From: Chitinivibrionales bacterium
GTDB lineage: Bacteria > Fibrobacterota > Chitinivibrionia > Chitinivibrionales > WJKA01
Direction: 5' to 3'
DNA: 19,609 nucleotides
Assembly: GCA_038247415.1 (NCBI GenBank)
Contig: JBBRUX010000060.1
Span: 1-19,609 of the forward strand
Shown here: piece after piece, positions 10,737 to 18,139 of the stretch
Layout: every line of letters starts with the position of its first letter
Numbering within the stretch: position 1 is the first letter of the stretch
Position numbers and translations under genes: made by a program
Notes under the pieces: generated by a model
The model's database searches: none
Told to the model about the DNA's origin: nothing
Seen by the model: the letters and a program-made list of their open reading frames with translations, nothing else

Positions 10737-11723
10737 CTATGTATGTTTTGTTAATAATTGGGCCATGTGAATTGCCTCAATCATGCTTGCCGGATGTGCT
10801 CGATTTTTTCCCGAAATGTCGAATGCAGTACCATGCCCTACCGAGGTTCTTACAAAAGGAAGCCCGGCTGTAATATTAACCCCCGATTTAAAATCTCGGG
10901 ATTTGAGTGCTGTAAAGCCATGGTCGTGTAACATGCTGATCACTCCATCGAATTCACCCGAAAACGCTCGCATAAAAACGGTGTCGGGGGGATAGGGGCC
11001 CGTTACCACTGCCGATCGGGTATGCGTGTTTTTAATGGCTGGAATAATGTGGAGTATTTCTTCGTCGCCAAAAAGACCATTTTCTCCCGCATGCGGGTTG
11101 AGTCCTGCAACTGCTATACGGGGCGTTTTAATTCCGAGATCAAGCAGCAGGTTTTCTAAGAGAAGAATATGTGATTGAATTCGTGGTGTAGTGATCTGCC
11201 CAATTGCTTCTGTAAGTGCGCAATGTGTTGTGACATGTGCCACGCAAATGCCTTCGAGCCTAAATACCATCGAATAATTCTTCGTAGAACTATACTGCGC
11301 AAATATTTCCGTATGTCCGGGAAACGGGATGCTGGCCATTGCAAGAGACTCTTTACAAAGAGGCCCTGTGACAACGCCTCCAATGCTCTTTCCGAGTGCG
11401 AGCTGAATTGCTTTTTCGATGTATGCAAAGCTTGCTTTCCCGCCAAGCTTCGATGCAGTTGCGGGCATTCTTGGCGAAACGCCCGGAATGGGGACGGGTA
11501 AAATATTGATGCAAGTATCTTTACAATCATAAGGATTTGCAATGAGATTGATAGGGCTTGTGATACCTAAATTATGGGCGGTCGTGCGAAGGATCGTTTC
11601 TTCCCCAATAATAAAAAGGCGTTGCGCATTGATTGTGGGACTTGTAAGAGCCTTTAGTGCAACCTCGGCACCAATGGATGCTGGGTCGCCCATAGTAATT
11701 GCTAAAAGTGTTGCTGTGTTCAT
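10737..11723 (-). CDS. pdxA: 4-hydroxythreonine-4-phosphate dehydrogenase family (PdxA/PdxA2)
   Basis: AITMGDPASIGAE, VTGPLCK, FPGHTE, HVTTH, GLNPHAGENGLFG.EE, GPYPPDTVF, GVNITAGLPFVRTS..HGTAFDI. ATG at 11723 gives 328 aa, the family size. Confidence 0.93.
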   Translation of the reverse strand: MNTATLLAITMGDPASIGAEVALKALTSPTINAQRLFIIGEETILRTTAHNLGITSPINLIANPYDCKDTCINILPVPIPGVSPRMPATASKLGGKASFAYIEKAIQLALGKSIGGVVTGPLCKESLAMASIPFPGHTEIFAQYSSTKNYSMVFRLEGICVAHVTTHCALTEAIGQITTPRIQSHILLLENLLLDLGIKTPRIAVAGLNPHAGENGLFGDEEILHIIPAIKNTHTRSAVVTGPYPPDTVFMRAFSGEFDGVISMLHDHGFTALKSRDFKSGVNITAGLPFVRTSVGHGTAFDISGKNRAHPASMIEAIHMAQLLTKHT

Positions 11724-11884
11724 ATCGATAAAATAAATACTTTCCCTTATAAGGGTATGAACGAGCAAAATTTGGATAAAATAATATTCAGTGACTATAT
11801 TAGTTAAGAGATTGTCTTTAAATAAGATTTGGCAGTTGACAGTGAATCGAGACTGTGCAAATCGTAACATCATAAGGCTACACA

Positions 11885-12598
11885 ATGGGTGAGTTTGAGT
11901 ATACTTTTCTCGATGGTTTGATACCCATTTTGGTTATTGATACCGATATAGCCTATCATACATGGTATCAGGAAGCGTTTGGCGCCTTTGAATTTTATAA
12001 GCTTGTATGTGTTTCTGGACAAGCCGAAGCATTTGACGTTTTAAAAACTAATACCAGATTTCATTGTATTATTTCCGATTTCGAACAAGAAACGCCCTCA
12101 ACCGACGAATATGCAATTCTTAAAGAATATGCAGAAACTATTCCCTGCATGGTGGTGAGTTCGCGAGATTCTTTAGAACGTGGGTTTGCAATCAGTAATT
12201 ATGGGGCTCTGGCCATAGAGCTTAAGCCCATTTCCGATACGTCTCGTTTTATGTCTCTTGTCAATAAGCTGTTTTTAGATAATCTCCTAGCCCCGGGGCA
12301 TTCGCATTTGGAAAGCGATTATCTCAAACATTATATTTCGGTTTTTAATAAATACTACCCGAATACTGTGGAGAGCTGGTCGGAGCATACAGGGCTTCCT
12401 GCTCAATTCCTTATTCGTAATTGGGAACGGGAATTTGGCGTTCATCCAAAACATATTGTTTGTTTACATACGCTGTTTAGAGCCGCCATCCAAAAGAGCG
12501 CAGATCCTTTAGTGTTGGATGTATATGCGCACCATCAAGAAGAATTTCTCAACCATTCAGATTTCTATCGCAGCTATCTTTTGTCGCGCCCGCTTTAA
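11885..12598 (+). CDS. Response regulator receiver domain with short AraC-like HTH output
   Basis: REC pattern ILVIDTD / CIISD65 / CMVVS92S / LK114P; C-terminal TVESWSEHTGLPAQFLIRNWEREFGVHPK resembles the first HTH of AraC-type domains. Confidence 0.7.
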   Translation: MGEFEYTFLDGLIPILVIDTDIAYHTWYQEAFGAFEFYKLVCVSGQAEAFDVLKTNTRFHCIISDFEQETPSTDEYAILKEYAETIPCMVVSSRDSLERGFAISNYGALAIELKPISDTSRFMSLVNKLFLDNLLAPGHSHLESDYLKHYISVFNKYYPNTVESWSEHTGLPAQFLIRNWEREFGVHPKHIVCLHTLFRAAIQKSADPLVLDVYAHHQEEFLNHSDFYRSYLLSRPL

Positions 12599-12766
12599 TA
12601 CCACGTTGCAACGCATTTTCCTTCATAAAAACATCGCTTCTCCGCGGTAGTATTTCTTGGTTCACATTCTTCTTGCACTCCTCGTAAAACCATGTTAAGA
12701 TTGGTAATCGTCTCAAAGATATGCTTCCAGGAATAGGCCATGAATACGCTATCAAACGAGGTTATT

Positions 12767-13048
12767 ATGAAACACATTCTCCTTTATCTTTCATTACATC
12801 ATTTGCTTGATGCTGTTGAAACTGATATTGCTCATAATAGCTTTAACGAAGAAGAGTGGGTTCCCCTTTTTAAAGAATATTATTATGAGATCCAGGAGAA
12901 TACGCTTCTGCGCAGGCTTAAAAAAGCTGAGGCAAAAGCCCATAAAAAGGATAAGGGAACCGAAGTTGTTAATGTAATGCAATTGCTTGATGATGTGTCG
13001 GTAGGTACTCGCTGCATGCCCTCGGTAAGTCCTTCATTTTCATTCTAA
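12767..13048 (+). CDS. Hypothetical protein
   Basis: GAGG RBS 5 nt upstream of ATG 12767 (ATG 12740 is an alternative); 93 aa; fills the gap between genes; no recognised family. Confidence 0.55.
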   Translation: MKHILLYLSLHHLLDAVETDIAHNSFNEEEWVPLFKEYYYEIQENTLLRRLKKAEAKAHKKDKGTEVVNVMQLLDDVSVGTRCMPSVSPSFSF

Positions 13049-13141
13049 TTACACTCTTTATCTAATGGCAAAAGCTCTGCTGTGTCAATTGTGATAACGG
13101 TGTGTTATGCGTATTTTATTGATCGGCCAATAAGAAAACCA

Positions 13142-14056
13142 TTACTTCTTGATTGCTAATGAATCGTCTACAACTTTTTTCACTTCCTTTTTGAGCAGCC
13201 AATGTTTTTGTACTGCCTTAAGGATCGTTTCGGTTTCTCTTAGATCTTTTTGCACACCATTCATGAGGCTTAATACCTCTGCGGGAATAGGCTTCATATT
13301 CTCAACAATGAGGCTCGTTTGGGTCATAATTTGGGCAAGCGCTGCGTTTGTCGATTTGAGTGAATCGATTAAGGCTATGCTCGATGTGCCTAGGGTGTTA
13401 TACGTGTTAATGGCCTTATCGAGACCGTTCACGCTTTGGTTGGTGTGAAGGATTAGGTTATTGGTATTCGCTAGGGCTCGTCGAAGGTCATTATAAAGGC
13501 TATCTTGCCCAATAAGTTTCCCAACAGTACCTTTTCCAGATTGTATGTCGACAAGAATCGCATCTACCGATTTAACGGTGCCCAAAACCTGCGAAATGAT
13601 TTGTTCAATGGAAACTGGATATTCTGGATCGAGTATGTCGCCTGTTGCAACAGATGCGGTTTGGTTTCCTCCCCGTGTAAGTTCGATCTGCCAATCTCCA
13701 ATGAAGCCTTTTTGCATGAGGCGCGCCCGGGAATCTTTTTTGACTAAATGAGCATAGTTCTTTTTAACTTTCAGCATGATATCTACATAGCCCGAATGAT
13801 TAAGCGAAACTAATTCTACATAACCAACCTTTATACCTTGTATTGTAACCGGGGTAGAGCGCTCAAGTCCGGTATTGGTATCGCAGACGAGGTAGAGGGT
13901 TACCCATTTTTCAAAAATGCGCGATTTCATGGCGGAGAAAATAAGAAGGAATGGAATAAGTATAATAGGTATTAAAAGAAACATCCCCACAAAAAAATTG
14001 CGGTACCTGATATGAAAGGCTTCGGATGTTTTTGGTTTAAGGTGTGCTATGTTCAT
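13142..14056 (-). CDS. mlaD: MlaD/MCE family protein with C-terminal helical region
   Basis: N-terminal TM (FFVGMFLLIPIILIPFLLI); MCE motif GLERSTPVTIQGIKVGYV..V; GFIGDWQIELTRG; GKGTVGKLI.D.LY; long coiled-coil tail. Confidence 0.9.
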   Translation of the reverse strand: MNIAHLKPKTSEAFHIRYRNFFVGMFLLIPIILIPFLLIFSAMKSRIFEKWVTLYLVCDTNTGLERSTPVTIQGIKVGYVELVSLNHSGYVDIMLKVKKNYAHLVKKDSRARLMQKGFIGDWQIELTRGGNQTASVATGDILDPEYPVSIEQIISQVLGTVKSVDAILVDIQSGKGTVGKLIGQDSLYNDLRRALANTNNLILHTNQSVNGLDKAINTYNTLGTSSIALIDSLKSTNAALAQIMTQTSLIVENMKPIPAEVLSLMNGVQKDLRETETILKAVQKHWLLKKEVKKVVDDSLAIKK

Positions 14057-14781
14057 AGGTGATCCAAGAGAAACGAATCGATACTTTGTGAATCGCGCTG
14101 TGTCGTTAATGGGTCGAAGTCGTGAACAGTGCCGTTGCTTAGAATTTTAATTATACAATTTAATTCTTTCATAAGGAAGGTATTGTGACTTACGATGATA
14201 AGCGTTTTATTCTCCTGTTTGCTGAATGCTTGTAAATTGCCTACAATGAGGGCTGTGGTAATGGGGTCGAGGCTTGATGTTGGTTCGTCGAGAAATAATA
14301 CGCTTGGGTCCATGATGAGGGCTCGAGCAACCGATGCACAACGGGCTTGTCCGACTGCAAGCGCTTCGGGAAGCTTGTATTTCTGATCGAGTAAATTGAA
14401 CCGGGAGAGCATTTCGCAAACTCTCTGATCGATTTCGTGGTCGCTAATGTGGAGGTGATAGCGCAGTGGCAACGCGAGATTATCAAAAAGAGGATAGTTG
14501 TGAATGAGCGCGTGTTGTTGGAATGCAAATCCGACCCTGCTTCGTAGTGCGAGAAGCTGCTTATAGGAGATGTCTGCCAGAGATGTTGAGTCGTAAAAAA
14601 GAACGCCGCTTGTGGGCTGGCGAATGCCGGCACAGAGCTCCAACAGTGTTGATTTCCCACAACCGCTTTTGCCTGCAATAACAACACGCTGTCCCTGTTC
14701 AATAGTAATATTGATATCAGAGAGTATTTGGGTTGCCCCAAGTGCATACCCGACGTGTGAGAGTGTTAGCTTATTGAACAT
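14053..14781 (-). CDS. mlaF: ABC transporter ATP-binding protein (MlaF/Ttg2A-like)
   Basis: Walker A GKSGCGKS, Q-loop FAFQQ, DNLALPLRYH, Walker B VLFLDEPTSSLDP, H-loop IVSH; lies between mlaE and mlaD. ATG at 14781. Confidence 0.9.
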   Translation of the reverse strand: MFNKLTLSHVGYALGATQILSDINITIEQGQRVVIAGKSGCGKSTLLELCAGIRQPTSGVLFYDSTSLADISYKQLLALRSRVGFAFQQHALIHNYPLFDNLALPLRYHLHISDHEIDQRVCEMLSRFNLLDQKYKLPEALAVGQARCASVARALIMDPSVLFLDEPTSSLDPITTALIVGNLQAFSKQENKTLIIVSHNTFLMKELNCIIKILSNGTVHDFDPLTTQRDSQSIDSFLLDHL

Positions 14782-15577
14782 AAAAATAGTAGAGTATGGT
14801 TGCACACACGTTGATTGACATTGTAATCATAAGCGAGCTTACCACAGCTTTGCGAGCTGCTCGCGGGACTTCTCGAATATTACTGGCGCATAATCCATAA
14901 TAACTGCTTATAATGGCGATAAATCCGCCAAACAGAATATTTTTACCGATAGAGAGAAAAATATCGATGGGGGTGAGCGCTTCAATTACTTTGCCAAAAA
15001 ATATGTCGAAGGGTTGATTTACAGTAAGGGAAGCAATGGTTATGCCACCTAAAATTCCAATAAGATCGAAGTAGACAGAGAGTCCAACCATAGAAACGAT
15101 CATACCAACAAAGGCTGGCATAACAAGAAATTGGACAGGGTTAATTCCCATCATTTCTAAGGCTGCCACTTCTCGTGTTGTTTTCATATTTGCAATGTAT
15201 ACTGCAAGTGCAGACCCAGAGCGCCCAATAATGATGATCGAGGTAAAAAATGGCCCTAATTCTCTAACAATAACAGCAACAAGAATTTTACCAAAATATT
15301 CGCTCACTCCAAATTTGGGCATGTTAGCCAGGGCTTGAATAACAACAGTAACACCACACACAAACGCTACGGCGCCAATCATCCAGAACGCCTCAACACC
15401 GGTAAAGAGAATTTGGCTTACAATTTGTCGTTGAAAGGAGTCTGTTCCTTTACGAGCAACTTCAAAAAAAGCAACCACTGCATCGTAAAAAAGCTCTACC
15501 ATTGCGCGTATACGTCCGTAAACCTGCGTTGCAGATTGCCCAGCAGTATTGATGGTCGTAAAAAGGCGCGATCTCAT
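14771..15577 (-). CDS. mlaE: MlaE family ABC permease
   Basis: QILFTGV.A, VIVRELGP.FTSIIIIGRSGSA, MKTTREVAALEMMGINP.QFLVMP, V..A..KAVVSS; multiple TM segments. Confidence 0.93.
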   Translation of the reverse strand: MRSRLFTTINTAGQSATQVYGRIRAMVELFYDAVVAFFEVARKGTDSFQRQIVSQILFTGVEAFWMIGAVAFVCGVTVVIQALANMPKFGVSEYFGKILVAVIVRELGPFFTSIIIIGRSGSALAVYIANMKTTREVAALEMMGINPVQFLVMPAFVGMIVSMVGLSVYFDLIGILGGITIASLTVNQPFDIFFGKVIEALTPIDIFLSIGKNILFGGFIAIISSYYGLCASNIREVPRAARKAVVSSLMITMSINVCATILYYFYVQ

Positions 15578-16182
15578 GTGCTTGTTCCTAGCTCCCGTCG
15601 CATGCTAACTGCGCGTTCGGAAAACACCGTAAAACGCTCCCAGAAAAGATCCCGGGTTTTATTATTGACATTAGAAACGCCAACTGGTTTCTCTGAAAAA
15701 TGAAATGTTTGCATAAATTTTATGGCATTTGCAGCGCGTTCGTTGTTAGAAAGTTTATCTGTTTTTGTCAATACTGGGAAAACAGGAATATCGCGAGCAG
15801 AAAGCCAGGTATACCATTCGAGATCAATTGCAAGTCCTGGATGTCTGCTATCGAGCAATTGGAGCACCCCACATAAATTGGGCCGTTTTCCGCAATAGGT
15901 AGAAAGCAAATCTTGGAAACGTTGCTTTTCTCCTTGTGATGCCTTTGCATAGCCATATCCCGGGAGGTCTACCCAAAAAGTATTGTTTTCGACTTTAAAG
16001 GAGTTGGCTAAAATCGTTTTGCCGGGCTTTTTTGCTACCTTAGCCAATGAGGTATCTGCAAACATATGGTTGATAAATGAAGATTTGCCAACATTTGATC
16101 TGCCCAAAATGCAGAACTCTGGTGTAGTTGAAGGGGGCATGTCCTCGAAGCGTGCATAGGAAGAGATAAAGGATGCTTTCAT
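15574..16182 (-). CDS. engB: Ribosome biogenesis GTP-binding protein YihA/YsxC (EngB)
   Basis: G1 GRSNVGKSS, G2 KPGKT, G3 VDLPGYGY, LLDSRH, G4 TKTDKL. Confidence 0.96.
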   Translation of the reverse strand: MKASFISSYARFEDMPPSTTPEFCILGRSNVGKSSFINHMFADTSLAKVAKKPGKTILANSFKVENNTFWVDLPGYGYAKASQGEKQRFQDLLSTYCGKRPNLCGVLQLLDSRHPGLAIDLEWYTWLSARDIPVFPVLTKTDKLSNNERAANAIKFMQTFHFSEKPVGVSNVNNKTRDLFWERFTVFSERAVSMRRELGTST

Positions 16183-16202
16183 GAGTATCGTATGCCATTT
16201 CG

Positions 16203-16907
16203 TTAGGTGTGTGTGGACTGACGATGTGGATACAATCGTTTAAAATAGTTTACAAGAGCAATCGCTGAAATTTGTCCTGGAGCAACACTCGATCCAATAA
16301 ACCCATAAGAAAAGAGCGACCCAAAAAGTGGCGCGGTTATACGGGAAATAGTACCAAGGTCCCCCATTGAGATTGCTACTATAGGTTCTTTTTGGGCGTT
16401 ACAGAACGAGAGTAAGCGAATAACGTCTCTTTGAGAATTTGCGAGGGTGGCAATTTTGATAATATCGGCACCCAGTGTACGTGATGTGGAAACTATTTTT
16501 TGTAAACCAACTTCTGTTGGAGTCTTTTTATAATTATGCTCCGAAATCATGATTTTCTTTTTGCGTGCAAGCGCAATTACATCTTTGTTAATCGGGGTGT
16601 CTATTTCGATATCGATACAATCTACAAGCGGAATGAGCTCAGAAAACATTCCTATACGCATTTTCTTATTCTGGGGGGTTTGCCGAAGTGTGCCAATAAG
16701 AGGAAGCCCAACAGTTTCCTTGACTTTGCGAATATAGGTAAGGGTTTGTTCGAATGGGCCCGTAAAGAGATCTGCCCTTATTTCAAATATATCGATGCCC
16801 ATGGCCTTAAGGCGAAGAAGCTGTGGCAATGGAATGATAGAATCGATGATTGCCACGATTCGGGGTACTGCTCGTAACGAGCACGAACCAAGAGAAAGAG
16901 ATCTCAT
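16203..16907 (-). CDS. aroD: Type I 3-dehydroquinate dehydratase
   Basis: DIFEIRADL, PLIGTLR, DCIDIE, ISEHNYKKTP, ADIIKIAT (Schiff-base Lys), AISMGDLGTISRI, APGQI. ATG at 16907 gives 234 aa. Confidence 0.94.
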   Translation of the reverse strand: MRSLSLGSCSLRAVPRIVAIIDSIIPLPQLLRLKAMGIDIFEIRADLFTGPFEQTLTYIRKVKETVGLPLIGTLRQTPQNKKMRIGMFSELIPLVDCIDIEIDTPINKDVIALARKKKIMISEHNYKKTPTEVGLQKIVSTSRTLGADIIKIATLANSQRDVIRLLSFCNAQKEPIVAISMGDLGTISRITAPLFGSLFSYGFIGSSVAPGQISAIALVNYFKRLYPHRQSTHT

Positions 16908-17121
16908 ACTATAAAAACTGTCCTTATAAATAGTGATATGCGAGTGATCATCGCGTTGATTAGGTATTAAAGATAAAATAGACAATCAGCCCGTAAGATG
17001 CAATCAATCTAGTATTTGCAAGCATTCCAGCGGATACATGTGGAAATGCACGTCCGATAATAGTTATTTTTAAAAAACAGAGTCAACATATTTTAAACCT
17101 CTGAAAAAATTACCTTTTAAA

Positions 17122-17134
17122 AATCAATGAGTTA
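17122..17134 (+). promoter_or_regulatory. Putative IHF-type binding site in the divergent aroD/TIGR02147 intergenic region
   Basis: AATCAA-TGAG-TTA matches WATCAANNNNTTR exactly, with A/T tracts upstream. Confidence 0.4.
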
Positions 17135-17272
17135 TGCATTGTGTTGTGTCGCTGGAATTAATTACGGCAATTTGTGTATTGATTTTGCTCAACGAATTGG
17201 TTAGATTAGCGGTATCAATGAATGGGTTATGCTGGTAAAGATGTATTTAAACGGTGTTGTGAGGATTTGTCT

Positions 17273-18139
17273 ATGCCCGATATTTATGCTTATTCAGATT
17301 ACCGCAAATTCATCGCTGATATTCATGCGGAAAAAAAAGAGGTTAATTCTCGGTTTTCGCTGCGCACTTTTGCGCGGGTGATTGGCTGCGATACCGCGCA
17401 TCTTACGCGAATTCTTAAAGGGACCACCAATATTTCGCTCGATTTTGCGGCTGCGTTTTCGGAGGCGGTAAAATTGACTAAAAAGCAGTCGGAATTTTTT
17501 GCAGCACTTGTCAGGTATAATCAGGCTAAAACTCACGAAGATAAAAAAAAGTTTTTTGAACGGCTCATATCATTCAAAGATTCCTCAATTAAAGTGGTAA
17601 GCGCCGATCAATATGAGTTTTATGACAAATGGTATTATTCTGCCGTTCGTACGGTGCTGGGCATGTATCGGTGCAAAGATAATTATAGGGAACTGGGAGA
17701 GTGTATCATTCCTGCAATTTCCCCAATCGAAGCTAAAAAAGCACTCGATCTTCTCTTGCGGCTGTCGTTTATTACCCTTGACGATAATGGCTATTATATT
17801 CCTATAGAGCCTCTTATTAAAAATGATCTTTTAGTAAGCACGATAGAGATTAATAATTTTATGATTGCCTCTCTTGATAGGGCAAAACAAGCCCTTGATT
17901 TTGGCACGCGAGAAGATCGAGTTTTGTCAACAACAACACTTGCAGTCTCAAAAGCAACTTTTGATAAAATTAAAGACGAGCTTCGGGATTTTCGTATGCG
18001 TATTCTTTCGCTTGCCAAAGAGGATGCCGATCCCACGCGGGCGTATGATTTTAATTTTCAGGTATTCCCCATTTCTCGCACCATCGACGCTCTGCCACAG
18101 GGGTCTTTATCTCGGGCAACAGAAGAGGCGTTAGCATGA
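17273..18139 (+). CDS. TIGR02147 family protein (N-terminal HTH-like region, C-terminal DUF4423-like domain)
   Basis: GAGGA RBS and ATG at 17273; IYAYSDYRKFI......K....FSLRTFA, L.RILKG..NIS, FF.ALVRYNQAKT, QYEFYDKWYYSAVR, IIPAISPIEAKKALDLL, R.LSTTTL, Y.FNFQVFPIS are characteristic of this Fibrobacterota-expanded family. Confidence 0.9.
   Translation: MPDIYAYSDYRKFIADIHAEKKEVNSRFSLRTFARVIGCDTAHLTRILKGTTNISLDFAAAFSEAVKLTKKQSEFFAALVRYNQAKTHEDKKKFFERLISFKDSSIKVVSADQYEFYDKWYYSAVRTVLGMYRCKDNYRELGECIIPAISPIEAKKALDLLLRLSFITLDDNGYYIPIEPLIKNDLLVSTIEINNFMIASLDRAKQALDFGTREDRVLSTTTLAVSKATFDKIKDELRDFRMRILSLAKEDADPTRAYDFNFQVFPISRTIDALPQGSLSRATEEALA

Noticed and set aside
11724..11885. 54-aa N-terminal extension of pdxA in the ORF track
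   Set aside because: Family similarity begins at AITMGDP just after ATG 11723; the extension would occupy the whole divergent promoter region.
14241..14747. 168-aa alternative-frame ORF and other nested or antisense ORFs (e.g. 11156-11542, 15335-15703, 16536-16877, 18789-19190)
   Set aside because: They overlap well-supported genes and show no recognisable motifs.
17140..17220. Sigma-54 promoter downstream of the IHF-like site
   Set aside because: No GG-N10-GC match; the closest candidate, CTGGAATTAATTACGGC, is off by one base.
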